This document shows positions 1 through 9,796 of a stretch of 64,000 bases of DNA, one piece after another. Every line of letters starts with the position of its first letter. The first letter of the stretch is position 1. This DNA is from an uncultured SAR86 cluster bacterium (lineage in GTDB: Bacteria; Pseudomonadota; Gammaproteobacteria; Magnimaribacterales; AG-339-G14), in assembly GCA_902524805.1 (NCBI GenBank), contig CABZES010000002.1, forward strand, positions 29,528-93,527. Direction: 5' to 3'. Under the pieces are notes generated by a model that saw only the letters and a program-made list of their open reading frames with translations, was not told the origin of the DNA and searched no databases. The translations under genes were made by a program, and so were the position numbers.

Positions 1-666
1 GAAGAACTATATGAACCCTTTAATTTGATTCCGATAGCAGGAGGCAATACGGGTGTGCAAATGGCTGGCTGGTTTAATAAAGAAATCAATAGCTTAGAAG
101 ATTTAAAGGGAATTCGCATGAGGATACCTGGCATGGCAGGAAAGGTTTTTACCAGAGCCGGTGGGGAGGCAGTCTTGATGCCAGGCAGTGAAATATTTAC
201 AAATCTACAAACAGGAGTTATCGATGCTGCAGAGTGGATTGGACCCTACAACGACTTAACTTTTGGATTTCATCAGGCTGCAAAATATTATTATTATCCT
301 GGTTGGCATGAGCCTGGACCAACTTTAGAAACCATAATAAATAAGGAAGCTTACGACTCTTTACCTAAAGACCTTCAGGCGATTTTGAAAACAGCATCAA
401 GAGCTATTAACCAAGATATGTTGGATGAGTACACTTCAAGAAACAATCAAGCGCTTATATCTTTGGTAAATGATCACAAAGTAGAACTCAGAAAATTACC
501 GAATGATGTTCTAGCCGAATTTAAAAGAATAACCGAGGAACTGATAGTTGAGATGACGCAAGAAGATGAGTCATCTAAAAAGATTTATGAATCTTTATCT
601 AATTTTAAAAAAAATGTTTCTCAATATCATGAGATATCAGAAGAGGCTATTTACGAATTAAGATAA
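1..666 (+). CDS. dctP: TRAP transporter substrate-binding protein DctP (TakP-like), 5'-truncated by the window edge
   Basis: Frame is open from base 1. Motifs GNTGVQMAGWFNKEI, LKGIRMRIPG, GVIDAAEWIGPYND and YYYYPGWHEPG are typical of TakP-type DctP; dctQM lie nearby. Confidence 0.9.
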   Translation, partial: EELYEPFNLIPIAGGNTGVQMAGWFNKEINSLEDLKGIRMRIPGMAGKVFTRAGGEAVLMPGSEIFTNLQTGVIDAAEWIGPYNDLTFGFHQAAKYYYYPGWHEPGPTLETIINKEAYDSLPKDLQAILKTASRAINQDMLDEYTSRNNQALISLVNDHKVELRKLPNDVLAEFKRITEELIVEMTQEDESSKKIYESLSNFKKNVSQYHEISEEAIYELR

Positions 667-948
667 AGTTAACTTTTCTAACAATCCAAATGCCAATAAA
701 GGTTGAAAAAGAAAATCTCAGAAAAAAAAGTAATGCCGCAGGTAAAGTAAGTAACCAACCAACATAGAGATCTAATAAATTATTAAGCTCACCAAACCAA
801 TTAAAAAGATAGAGCGCTACTTGAAAGTACTCTAAAAAATAATCCCTTACTATTATTGGTCCAACAAAAAGACTGTGAATAAAAAAAAAACTAAATAAAA
901 GTCGCCCCAGATCAAAAAATAACCAAACCCCTTAAAAAAATTAAGCAT
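647..948 (-). pseudogene. Small hydrophobic membrane protein (~100 aa), frameshifted in an A10 tract at 881-890
   Basis: ATG at 948 overlaps the dipeptidase stop. It reads MLNFFKGFGYFLIWGDFYLVFF..., and adding one T in the T10 run continues ...IHSLFVGPIIVRDYFLEYFQVALYLFNWFGELNNLLDLYVGWLLTLPAALLFFLRFSFSTFIGIWIVRKVNFILIRK to TAG at 649-647. It fills an otherwise unexplained 274-bp gap. Confidence 0.6.
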
Positions 949-2038
949 CCGCAAGAGATCTAACTTCTTTCCAAACCCTGAGAATATTTTCATTCAAGAT
1001 TTTATCAATTTCACTTTCTGAATATCCTCTAATTAAAAGTTCTTCGATCAGATTTGGAAACTTTGAAACGTCATTTATATCATCTGGCAATGGAACCTCT
1101 CCATCAAAATCTGAACCAAATCCTACATGGTCTATACCGACTAGATCTCTTACTCGATCAATATGATCGACAACGTTCTTTACAGAAACTTCCAAATCCG
1201 GATTATCTTTTCTATTAGCGACAAAATCAGAACCAAAACAAAGTTGAATAACTCCTCCATTTTCAGCGAGAGCAATTAGCATTTCGTCAGAGACATTTCT
1301 CTCCCAACCTGGGGTAAAGTGCCTTAGTGAGCTATGAGTTGCTACAACTGGCGCTCTACTGAGCTCAAGCACTTTCATAAAAGCTGCATCTGAAACATGA
1401 GAAATATCGATCATTACGCCTTGTTTATTCATTTCCTCAACAACTTTAAAGCCAAAGGGACTCAAGCCATCAGGCCATCTCTTGTTTTCATCGTAGGAGC
1501 TATCGGAAATATGATTACTTTTTGAATGAGCGAGGGTAATGTAGTTGACTCCTAAATCAGCAAAAAACTTAATATTTTCTAGATTTCCCTCAAGCGGTGC
1601 GCCATTTTCTATTCCATATGCCATACCAACCAAGTTTTTATTATTCTCTAGAGTTGCAATATCTTCAGGATTTCTAATAAAAATAAATTTATCTGGATTA
1701 TCTTCAATGATTTCATTCATCATCTGAATTAACTCTATAGCTAAGTCATAAGAAGTTCCTTCAGGTTCGGTTCTAGGAGGAATCCAAATGCTTTGAAAAG
1801 TTAAATTTAATCCACCTTCAATGGCTCTTGGGTAATCAAAATGATAGCTAGTACTTTTTGTAATATCATCATTAGTGCCTGTGTTATTCCTTTGACGCCA
1901 AATTTGAAAAGGCGTATCGATATGAGTATCAATGATAATTTTTTCTTGGCTAAACTTTTTAGCTTTCTCAGAAAAGTTTTCTGCACAAGAAAATAAAATC
2001 AAAGGGATTAGAATTAAAAAGAGTTTTTGAATTTTCAT
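941..2038 (-). CDS. Membrane dipeptidase (peptidase M19), predicted lipoprotein
   Basis: IDTHID, GIENG, ITLAH, MIDISH, VVATHS and HVGFGSDFDG motifs; N-terminal signal peptide with lipobox LFSC. Confidence 0.9.
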   Translation of the reverse strand: MKIQKLFLILIPLILFSCAENFSEKAKKFSQEKIIIDTHIDTPFQIWRQRNNTGTNDDITKSTSYHFDYPRAIEGGLNLTFQSIWIPPRTEPEGTSYDLAIELIQMMNEIIEDNPDKFIFIRNPEDIATLENNKNLVGMAYGIENGAPLEGNLENIKFFADLGVNYITLAHSKSNHISDSSYDENKRWPDGLSPFGFKVVEEMNKQGVMIDISHVSDAAFMKVLELSRAPVVATHSSLRHFTPGWERNVSDEMLIALAENGGVIQLCFGSDFVANRKDNPDLEVSVKNVVDHIDRVRDLVGIDHVGFGSDFDGEVPLPDDINDVSKFPNLIEELLIRGYSESEIDKILNENILRVWKEVRSLADA

Positions 2039-2071
2039 AAACTAAATATATCAAATTTTAAATTTTTTTTA

Positions 2072-3433
2072 TCAGTATATTGCAGAAGGAAGGTAAGTTG
2101 CCAAAAATGGAAAGTATGCAACCAGGCATAGAATTAAAATTTGAATCATTATGAAAGGGATAACTCCCTTGTAGATAGTTTCTGTTTTAATTTTCTCTGG
2201 AGTGACCCCTCTCAAATAAAACAAGGCAAAACCAAAAGGAGGAGTTAAAAAAGAAGTCTGCAAATTTATTGCAAGCATAATTCCTAACCACAAAGGATCT
2301 GCTCCCATAGCGATAAGAATGGGACCAACAATTGGAACCACAACAAAGCTTATTTCAATAAAATCTAAAATGAAGCCTAATAAAAAAACCAAGATCATTA
2401 CAGTTAGCATCGAACCAAATAGCCCACCTGGAATTGCATCAAATAAGTTTTTAATTAGCTCTTCTCCACCATATCCACGAAAAACCAAAGAAAATATAGA
2501 AGCACCAATTAAAATCATAAAAACCATGCTGCTTATAAATGCAGTTTGTTTAACCGCATCTGCTAATACTGAGAAAGATATTTTTTTATTTAATAAAGCA
2601 ATTAAAATTGATCCCATTGCACCAATTCCTGCAGCCTCAGTTGGTGAAGCAACACCTAAAATGATGGATCCTAGAACGGAAAAAATAAGCAAAAAAGGCG
2701 GAATTAAAATTTTTAAGATGTCTATTAAAGAAACTAATTTTTCTTCACTTTTTTCATAATTAAGATTTTTTCTATAAATATTAAAAATAAAATAAAAAGA
2801 ATAAGCTGTAACTAAAAGCAAACCTGGAATAATTGCTGCAACGAATAAATCACCTACAGAAAACGATTTTGCAGAAAAATTACCCATACTTAATTGGGCC
2901 TGTTGATAGGCTGTTGCTAGTACATCTCCTAAGATTACTAATGCAATCGACGGCGGAATAATTTGCCCAAGGGTTCCTGTAGCAGCTATTAGACCAGTGG
3001 AAACTTCTTCGGAATATCCTTTTTTAAGCATTGCAGGTAAAGAAATCAAACCCATTGCAATTACAGTTGCTCCAACAATTCCTGTGCTTGCGGCTAATAG
3101 AGCACCAACTATGATTACCGAAATACCTAGGCCACTTTCTAAATTTCCAAATATTTCTGACATTGATTCTAAAAGTTTTTCTGCTATTTTTGATTTCTCT
3201 AAAATGACTCCCATAAACACAAAAAGAGGAACTGCCACCAAAGTTGAGTTAGTCATGATTCCAAATAATCTATTTGGAATTGTCTCTAATAGGTAGAGGT
3301 CGAATATTCCAAACATTGAGCCTAAACCGGCAAAAATTAATGAAACACCACCTAAAGTGAAAGCTACCGGAAAACCAAGTAGCAAGCTGGCACACATGAC
3401 TACAAATAGAAATAATGGAATATATTCAATCAT
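2072..3433 (-). CDS. dctM: TRAP transporter large permease DctM
   Basis: GFPVAFTL, AVPLFVFMG, GTLGQIIPPS, PTEAA and QTSFLTPPFGFALFYL. Confidence 0.93.
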   Translation of the reverse strand: MIEYIPLFLFVVMCASLLLGFPVAFTLGGVSLIFAGLGSMFGIFDLYLLETIPNRLFGIMTNSTLVAVPLFVFMGVILEKSKIAEKLLESMSEIFGNLESGLGISVIIVGALLAASTGIVGATVIAMGLISLPAMLKKGYSEEVSTGLIAATGTLGQIIPPSIALVILGDVLATAYQQAQLSMGNFSAKSFSVGDLFVAAIIPGLLLVTAYSFYFIFNIYRKNLNYEKSEEKLVSLIDILKILIPPFLLIFSVLGSIILGVASPTEAAGIGAMGSILIALLNKKISFSVLADAVKQTAFISSMVFMILIGASIFSLVFRGYGGEELIKNLFDAIPGGLFGSMLTVMILVFLLGFILDFIEISFVVVPIVGPILIAMGADPLWLGIMLAINLQTSFLTPPFGFALFYLRGVTPEKIKTETIYKGVIPFIMIQILILCLVAYFPFLATYLPSAIY

Positions 3434-3926
3434 TATCGAAGTATGAAAAAATCGAAGCTAGACTTTGCAAGATTAGAATTAATGAAAAAATTAAAATGGA
3501 AGTTTTGTATAAATAAACAAAAGGTAATCCTCCTGGTTCTGGAGAAATTTCATAAATAGACCAAGAAAATAAAACATAATCCAAGGACAAAATAAATATT
3601 ATCCAAGCCATTGGCTGAAGAAAAATTAAATTTCCTATTAAATTAATTAATTTTTTGTTTTTTACACTCGATCTACGATAAAAAATATCTACCCTGACAT
3701 GCTCATCATTTTCATAGGCATATGCTGAACACAAGAGAAAAGCAATACCATGGAGATAAATAACCATTTCTTGAAGACCGACTACCCCAATACCCAAAAA
3801 GTACCTAAAAAACACAACTATTGTTGTTAAAACTATCATTAAAAAAATAGCCCAAGAGCATAAAATACCGACAAAACGCGGAAAAATTGTAAGTAAATAT
3901 TGAAATGTTTGATTAATATTTTTCAT
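3426..3926 (-). CDS. dctQ: TRAP transporter small permease DctQ
   Basis: Four TM segments, HVRVDIFY and SPEPGGLP; overlaps the dctM start. Confidence 0.9.
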   Translation of the reverse strand: MKNINQTFQYLLTIFPRFVGILCSWAIFLMIVLTTIVVFFRYFLGIGVVGLQEMVIYLHGIAFLLCSAYAYENDEHVRVDIFYRRSSVKNKKLINLIGNLIFLQPMAWIIFILSLDYVLFSWSIYEISPEPGGLPFVYLYKTSILIFSLILILQSLASIFSYFDND

Positions 3927-3952
3927 TTCGATTTTATGATTTAATAATAACT

Positions 3953-4738
3953 ATGATTATTGTTCTTTCACCAGCTAAAACCTTAGATTATGAATCTCCC
4001 CTCAATGGGTTTGATTATACAACTCCTGACTTCTTAGGTAAGTCAGAGTCATTAATTAAAATAATGAGATCCTATGAACCCGATTATATTTCTGAATTAA
4101 TGGGTTTGAGCGAAAATCTCGCCTTTTTAAACTTTGAGAGATATCAAACTTGGAAAAAACAAAACAAACCTTCAAAAGATTCTAGACAAGCAATATTTGC
4201 TTTTAAAGGAGATGTTTATCAGGGTCTGGAAGCGATTAATTTATCAAAATCTACTATTAACTATTCTCAGGATCATTTACGAATACTTTCAGGTTTATAT
4301 GGACTGCTTAAGCCATTGGATTTAATTTCACCTTATAGATTAGAAATGGGCACTAAATTAAAATCTGGAGAAATAGATGGCTTGTATAATTTCTGGAAAC
4401 CTGAGTTGACGAAAGCTATCAATTCTGAATTGGCTTCTCAAAAGGAAAATACTTTGGTTAACCTAGCTTCCAATGAATATTTTTCAGCTCTGGATCAGAC
4501 AATGATAGATGGAAAGGTTATTTCTCCAATCTTTAAAGATTTTAAAAATGGGAAATACAAGATAATCAGCTTCTACGCAAAAAAAGCAAGAGGATTGATG
4601 GCTAAATTTATTCTAGAAAATAAAATAGAAAACTCCAAAGAGTTGATTAATTTCGATTTGGAAGGTTATAAATATAACAAAGAAGCCTCTTCAGAGAATA
4701 ATCCAACTTTCTTAAGAAAAGAAACTTTAGTTATTTAG
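3953..4738 (+). CDS. yaaA: Peroxide stress protein YaaA (DUF328)
   Basis: LSPAKTLD, AFKGDVY, SGLYGLL, YRLEMGT, NLASNEY and SFYAKKARG. Confidence 0.95.
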   Translation: MIIVLSPAKTLDYESPLNGFDYTTPDFLGKSESLIKIMRSYEPDYISELMGLSENLAFLNFERYQTWKKQNKPSKDSRQAIFAFKGDVYQGLEAINLSKSTINYSQDHLRILSGLYGLLKPLDLISPYRLEMGTKLKSGEIDGLYNFWKPELTKAINSELASQKENTLVNLASNEYFSALDQTMIDGKVISPIFKDFKNGKYKIISFYAKKARGLMAKFILENKIENSKELINFDLEGYKYNKEASSENNPTFLRKETLVI

Positions 4739-5594
4739 CAGAAGACTTGCCGTAGTCTTTTATTTCTTGCATGTCTTTAAACTCAGGTTCCCTTTTTTCT
4801 ATATTTGACATCATTGCTTCTGCCATATCTTCTTGAGGAAGCATAGCTCCACTCCAAAGTGCATTATATTCCAATCCCTCGGCTACAGTGTGATCTCTAG
4901 AAAAATTGAGAATTGCTTTTGTGCCGTATACAGCTAGAGGACTTTTGGAGGCTATCACTGCAGCCATTTCTTTCAATCCAGATAACATCTCTTCGTGACT
5001 TTCATACACTTTATTAACTAAGCCAGCTTCTAAAGCTTCTCCAGCAGGCATTCTCCTTCCAGTGTAAGCAAGTTCTCTTACTTTTCCTTCTGGAATAACA
5101 CGAGGCAATCTTTGAAGAGTTCCAATATCTGCCGCCATTCCAATATTTACTTCTTGAATACAAAAGAAAGCATCTTTACTAGCAAATCTCATATCAGCAG
5201 CTGTAACTAAATCTAACCCACCACCAATACATCCTCCTTGTATTCCAGCAAGGACAGGTATTCTTAATTTTTCTAGTTTGGAAAGCATATCTTGAAGTTC
5301 TTTAGCAACTCTATAAAGGCTTTCACCAATTCTAGCTTTATCAGGCACATTGAGTTTCTTTTCAGCATCGTTACCTAAAGTTCCAAAATTCTTTAGATCC
5401 ATGCCAGCACAAAAATGTTTACCAGTCGAAGAAAGAATTAAAACCCTAAGTGAAGCATCTTTATCAATTTCGTCTAAAATTCTTGGCAATTCATACCAAA
5501 AATTTATTGTCATTTTATTTAAGTCTTCTCCTTTATCTAAAATAAGGTGGCCAACACCTTCTTCAGATGTGTATTTGAAACTTTCATAATTCAT
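4731..5594 (-). CDS. Crotonase/enoyl-CoA hydratase family, Delta3,5-Delta2,4-dienoyl-CoA isomerase (ECH1)-like
   Basis: HFCAGMDL, GGCIGGGLDL and QEVNIGMAADIGTLQRLP. Confidence 0.85.
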   Translation of the reverse strand: MNYESFKYTSEEGVGHLILDKGEDLNKMTINFWYELPRILDEIDKDASLRVLILSSTGKHFCAGMDLKNFGTLGNDAEKKLNVPDKARIGESLYRVAKELQDMLSKLEKLRIPVLAGIQGGCIGGGLDLVTAADMRFASKDAFFCIQEVNIGMAADIGTLQRLPRVIPEGKVRELAYTGRRMPAGEALEAGLVNKVYESHEEMLSGLKEMAAVIASKSPLAVYGTKAILNFSRDHTVAEGLEYNALWSGAMLPQEDMAEAMMSNIEKREPEFKDMQEIKDYGKSSAK

Positions 5595-5617
5595 ATTTTC
5601 TCTCCTTATAATTTTCC

Positions 5618-5788
5618 TTATCCTTTTAAATCTTGAACTAAGCTGTCCGCAACCTCTTCAAGTTCTTCAATTAAGTCATAAGAGCTGTGATAAGGCATAA
5701 CTACCTTTCGACTTTTTTTACTTAATCTTTTTAAACCGTTAGAGATTTCTTCCGCTTTTTCTAACAATTCTTTATTATCTTCGCTCAT
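5618..5788 (-). CDS. Small hypothetical protein (56 aa, charged, probably helical)
   Basis: Start re-placed at ATG 5788 (MSEDNKELLEK...); fills the gap and is co-oriented with the crotonase gene. Confidence 0.55.
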   Translation of the reverse strand: MSEDNKELLEKAEEISNGLKRLSKKSRKVVMPYHSSYDLIEELEEVADSLVQDLKG

Positions 5789-5850
5789 AATTAATAATTT
5801 AAGGAATATATTGTAAATCAAAACCTAAAATTTAAAAAATTTCATTGAAA

Positions 5851-6651
5851 ATGAAGACGAAAGAGTTAATTAAACCGATCCAATTAATTATGGAAGGAGC
5901 TTCCAAGCTAATTAATGAAATTTATGAGAACCAAGAAGACATAAACTTTAAAAAAAAATATGACGAGTCTCCTTTGACGCTTGCTGATTTAAGATCAAAT
6001 GACTTTATTATCAATAGTTTGAATAATTTATATCCTGATATTCCAATAATTTCCGAAGAGGGCAAGGAAAAACAGATCAAAGAAAATCTTTTTTGGTTAA
6101 TAGATCCTTTAGATGGAACTAAAGAGTTCATTGATAAAAGTGAAGAATTCACAATCAACATAGCTTTAGTGAAGGATGGGGAACCTATTTTTGGTGCAAT
6201 TTATATTCCAACTAAAAATAGTTTTTTTGTTGGAGGTGTACATTTCAATGCATTTAGTGAAAAAAAAGGTGAAAAGGAGCCTCTAAAGACTTCATTTAGC
6301 CAAGAAAACTGTCGAATATCTGTAAGTAAAAGTCATCAAACTAACAAGGAAGAAGAATTTGTTGAGCTTTTTAAAGATAAATTCAAAAAAGTGGAACTTA
6401 TCCCTGCTGGAAGTTCTCTAAAGTTATGTTTAATAGCTTCTGGCGATTGTCACATCTACCCACGTTTTGGGGACGTCGGTCAATGGGACATTGCTGCAGG
6501 ACATGCTATTTTAAAGGCTTCTGGAGGCAATATTTTAGATTTGACCATGAATTCAATAAAGTACAATTCTGACAGAAATATGAAAATAAATGGATTTTAT
6601 GCGGTCTCAAATGTAGCTTTTTTTAGTCAAATTTTACAAAAAAAACAATAA
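5851..6651 (+). CDS. cysQ: 3'(2'),5'-bisphosphate nucleotidase CysQ
   Basis: SPLTLAD, ISEE, WLIDPLDGTKEF, GSSLK, IYPR and WDIAAGHAIL. The start position is approximate. Confidence 0.9.
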   Translation: MKTKELIKPIQLIMEGASKLINEIYENQEDINFKKKYDESPLTLADLRSNDFIINSLNNLYPDIPIISEEGKEKQIKENLFWLIDPLDGTKEFIDKSEEFTINIALVKDGEPIFGAIYIPTKNSFFVGGVHFNAFSEKKGEKEPLKTSFSQENCRISVSKSHQTNKEEEFVELFKDKFKKVELIPAGSSLKLCLIASGDCHIYPRFGDVGQWDIAAGHAILKASGGNILDLTMNSIKYNSDRNMKINGFYAVSNVAFFSQILQKKQ

Positions 6652-6715
6652 CTTAATCAAAATAATAACTTTTTATATGCAAATAACGCATTTTTAGGTA
6701 TAAAATTCGCAATAT

Positions 6716-7567
6716 ATGGGTAAACAACTGCAACCAATGGATATTTCAGCGCCGGGTCAAAACCTGGAATCTTATTTATCTTCTATTCAAAACATAGCTA
6801 TTTTAACTCCCGAGCAGGAAAAAAAATTAGCTGAAGATCTTTATTATAACGATGACCTTGAGGCAGCTAGACAATTGGTTATGGCTCATCTTAGATTTGT
6901 CGTTCATATAGCTAGAGGTTATGCAGGATACGGATTGCCACAAGCAGATTTAATTCAAGAAGGGAATGTAGGCCTCATGAAAGCAGTTAGAAAGTTTAAT
7001 CCAGAAGTCGGAGTAAGACTTATATCATTCGCTGTGCATTGGATAAAATCTGAAATGCATGAATATATTATTAAAAACTGGAAAATAGTTAAAGTAGCTA
7101 CAACAAAGGCTCAAAGAAAGCTCTTTTTTAACCTTAGAAGTCAAAAAAAAGAACTTAATTGGTTAAATTCAGATGAAGTTAAGGTTATATCTGAAGAACT
7201 TGGTGTTGACGAAAAATCTGTAAAGGAAATGGAATCTAGACTTTCTTCATCTGATATGTCGTTTGATCCACCATCTGAAGCCAGTGACGAACAAGCTTCA
7301 TTTAGTCCTTCAGGTTTCTTAGCAGACGAGGCCTGTAATCCTGCTGACCTGGTTGAGAAAGAAGATTCCGATGAATATAGTTTTGAACTTCTCCATAAGG
7401 CTATGGAAGAACTTGATCCACGAAGCAAAGAAATATTAGTTGATAGATGGCTAGAAGAACAAAAACTAACTCTCCATGAATTAGCTGATAAATACGGTGT
7501 TAGCGCAGAAAGAATAAGGCAGATAGAGAAAGCTGCTATGGAAAAAGTCCGTAGCTATATCTCCTAA
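6716..7567 (+). CDS. rpoH: RNA polymerase sigma-32 factor
   Basis: RpoH box QRKLFFNLR; DLIQEGNVGLMKAV; SAERIRQIE. Confidence 0.97.
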   Translation: MGKQLQPMDISAPGQNLESYLSSIQNIAILTPEQEKKLAEDLYYNDDLEAARQLVMAHLRFVVHIARGYAGYGLPQADLIQEGNVGLMKAVRKFNPEVGVRLISFAVHWIKSEMHEYIIKNWKIVKVATTKAQRKLFFNLRSQKKELNWLNSDEVKVISEELGVDEKSVKEMESRLSSSDMSFDPPSEASDEQASFSPSGFLADEACNPADLVEKEDSDEYSFELLHKAMEELDPRSKEILVDRWLEEQKLTLHELADKYGVSAERIRQIEKAAMEKVRSYIS

Positions 7568-7583
7568 TTGATTTGCACAAAAA

Positions 7584-7793
7584 ATGACAAAAATTAAGAT
7601 ATTTCTTAATGGAGAGTCCCGTGAGATCCCAGAAAAAACTTCAGTGACACAGCTTTTTACTTTCTTAGAACTTTCAGATAAGCACTGCGCAGTAGAGATT
7701 AATAAAGAAATTATTTTTAAATCTATTTGGAATGAGAGAGAATTGCTTAAAGAAGATAGGGTTGAGATAGTAAGAGCCATAGGAGGCGGATAA
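7584..7793 (+). CDS. thiS: Sulfur carrier protein ThiS
   Basis: Ubiquitin-like, C-terminal DRVEIVRAIGGG; directly upstream of thiG. Confidence 0.93.
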   Translation: MTKIKIFLNGESREIPEKTSVTQLFTFLELSDKHCAVEINKEIIFKSIWNERELLKEDRVEIVRAIGGG

Positions 7794-7795
7794 TT

Positions 7796-8581
7796 TTGTT
7801 TAAAGATCCCCTAGTTATTGCAGGGAAAGAATATAGATCTCGTTTATTAGTTGGCACAGGAAAATATATAAATGAAGAGAAGGCATTCGAATCTATAAAA
7901 GCTTCAAAAAGCGAAATCGTCACAGTTGCAATAAGAAGAGTCGAACTAGATTCAAAAAAAAGACCTAACTCAATTTTAAATTTCGTTTCACCAGAACAAT
8001 TTACTATTTTGCCAAATACAGCTGGTTGCTTTAGTGCAAAAGAAGCTATAAGAATCGCATGCTTAGGAAGAGAACTTCTGAATGGAGAGAGTTTAGTTAA
8101 GCTTGAAGTTCTCAAAGACAAGGAAACTCTCTTACCTTTAATGGATGAAACTGTTTCAGCCGCAAAAGAGCTTGTTAATTTAGGTTTTAAAGTTATGGTT
8201 TATTGCACTGATGAGCTTGATTATGCTTTAACTTTAGAAGACATCGGCTGCGTTGCAATAATGCCTTTGGCATCACCTATAGGCTCAGGCCAAGGAATTA
8301 TAAATCCTGAAGCTATAGAGAAAATTATAGAAAAAATATCATGTCCTGTAATTATAGATGCTGGAATTGGAGCAGCTTCAGAAGTGACTATAGCCATGGA
8401 AATGGGATGCGATGGTGTTTTATTAAACACAGCTATAGCAAAAGCAAAAGATCCTATTTTAATGGCCGAGGCGATGCGGGATGCAGCAATAAGTGGAAGA
8501 AAAAGCTTCTTGGCCGGAAGAATACCTGTAAAAAAGAATGCAAATCCAAGTTCTCCTATGAAGGGGATAGTAAATTCTTGA
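7796..8581 (+). CDS. thiG: Thiazole synthase ThiG
   Basis: SRLLVGTGKY, LPNTAGC, VKLEV, MPLASPIGSG, DAGIG and SSP; TTG start. Confidence 0.97.
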   Translation: MFKDPLVIAGKEYRSRLLVGTGKYINEEKAFESIKASKSEIVTVAIRRVELDSKKRPNSILNFVSPEQFTILPNTAGCFSAKEAIRIACLGRELLNGESLVKLEVLKDKETLLPLMDETVSAAKELVNLGFKVMVYCTDELDYALTLEDIGCVAIMPLASPIGSGQGIINPEAIEKIIEKISCPVIIDAGIGAASEVTIAMEMGCDGVLLNTAIAKAKDPILMAEAMRDAAISGRKSFLAGRIPVKKNANPSSPMKGIVNS

Positions 8582-9237
8582 AAAATTCTATCAAAAGTTT
8601 TTCTAAGGCACGATCAAGATCTTCGTTAAAAAATAAACAGATTCTTTCAAAAGCAAATGAGACTTTTTTTGTAACTGAAGACAATTTTGAAGATTTTAAA
8701 TTTTTAAATAAAGATCCTCTTAAATTAAATTTAGAAATTGGTTTTGGCGATGGAAAATATTTAACCGAACAAGCCTTAAATAATCCAAAACAATCATTTA
8801 TTGGCATAGAGGTATTTGAATCAGGATTAGCTAACACCTATAAAAAAATTGAAAATTTAAATATAACAAATTTAAAACTTATTCAAGGAGATGTGTCGGA
8901 AATTTTTTCAAAGAATAAAAGCAAGAACTTGTTTGATTTTATAACTATTTTTTTCCCTGATCCTTGGCCAAAATCAAAACATAAAAAAAGACGATTATTA
9001 AAAAAAAATTTTTTTCTAATTTTGAAATCTTTACTTAAGAAAGATGGAAAAATAATTATAAAAACGGATTGGCAAGATTATGCGAAAGAAATTATGGAAA
9101 CTCTTAATGACTTGAAGTTTAAATTTGATCAAGAGTCTTTCAGAGTCGATTCAAAAGAATTTATTACAAAATATGAAGAAATTGCTTTATTAAAAAAAAG
9201 AACGGTCACTACATTTTTGATTCATTCAATAAGTTAA
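8578..9237 (+). CDS. trmB: tRNA (guanine-N7)-methyltransferase TrmB
   Basis: LEIGFGDG, GIEVF, FFPDPWPKSKHKKRR, KTDW and TKYE. The real start is likely TTG 8578 (TTGA overlap with the thiG stop), not 8341. Confidence 0.92.
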   Translation: MKNSIKSFSKARSRSSLKNKQILSKANETFFVTEDNFEDFKFLNKDPLKLNLEIGFGDGKYLTEQALNNPKQSFIGIEVFESGLANTYKKIENLNITNLKLIQGDVSEIFSKNKSKNLFDFITIFFPDPWPKSKHKKRRLLKKNFFLILKSLLKKDGKIIIKTDWQDYAKEIMETLNDLKFKFDQESFRVDSKEFITKYEEIALLKKRTVTTFLIHSIS

Positions 9238-9796
9238 TCATTTTTAAAGTTGATATAGTTCTATGACTTATTTTCATTCTCTTTTCTTTTGAAACCTCAG
9301 CTAAGGTGAGTTTAGAATTTTTTATTTGAAAAATTGGATCATATCCAAAACCACCTTTACCTCTTGGAGAATTAATTATTTTTCCAAATAGTTCGCCATA
9401 TGAAAATAAAGAGATTTTTAATTCAGGGTGTAAAAAAGATAAAATTGAAATAAATTTTGCTGATTTATCTTTTTTTAAACTAAGCTCATCCAATAATTTA
9501 TTATTGTTTAAGTTGTCATTTCCTTTTTCTCCTGCATATCTAGCAGAAAAAATTCCAGGCTCTCCATTCAATGCTTCTACTTCTAGTCCTGAATCATCTC
9601 CCAACGAAGGCAATCCGGAGATATCTGAAGCAAATTTTGCTTTTATAAATGCATTTTCTTCATAGCTTGTTCCTGTCTCTTCAATCTCTTTATTAGTAAA
9701 TTCAGAGATCGGGATTAATTCAAAATTAGTATTTTTAAATAGATAGTTAAATTCTTCTAGTTTTCCTGAGTTTTTCGAAGCTAAAACTATTTTCAA
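9209..9796 (-). CDS. rdgB: dITP/XTP pyrophosphatase (Ham1 family)
   Basis: ASKNSGK, ENAFIKA, DDSGL, PGIFSARY, GFGYDPIF and SHR. Confidence 0.95.
   Translation of the reverse strand: MKIVLASKNSGKLEEFNYLFKNTNFELIPISEFTNKEIEETGTSYEENAFIKAKFASDISGLPSLGDDSGLEVEALNGEPGIFSARYAGEKGNDNLNNNKLLDELSLKKDKSAKFISILSFLHPELKISLFSYGELFGKIINSPRGKGGFGYDPIFQIKNSKLTLAEVSKEKRMKISHRTISTLKMINLLNESKM

Noticed and set aside
7568-7583. TPP riboswitch upstream of thiS
   Set aside because: The gap is only 16 bp and there is no aptamer signature.
8341-8577. 79-aa N-terminal extension of trmB in the ORF track
   Set aside because: It overlaps thiG in another frame and has no TrmB-like content. The TTGA-coupled start at 8578 is simpler.
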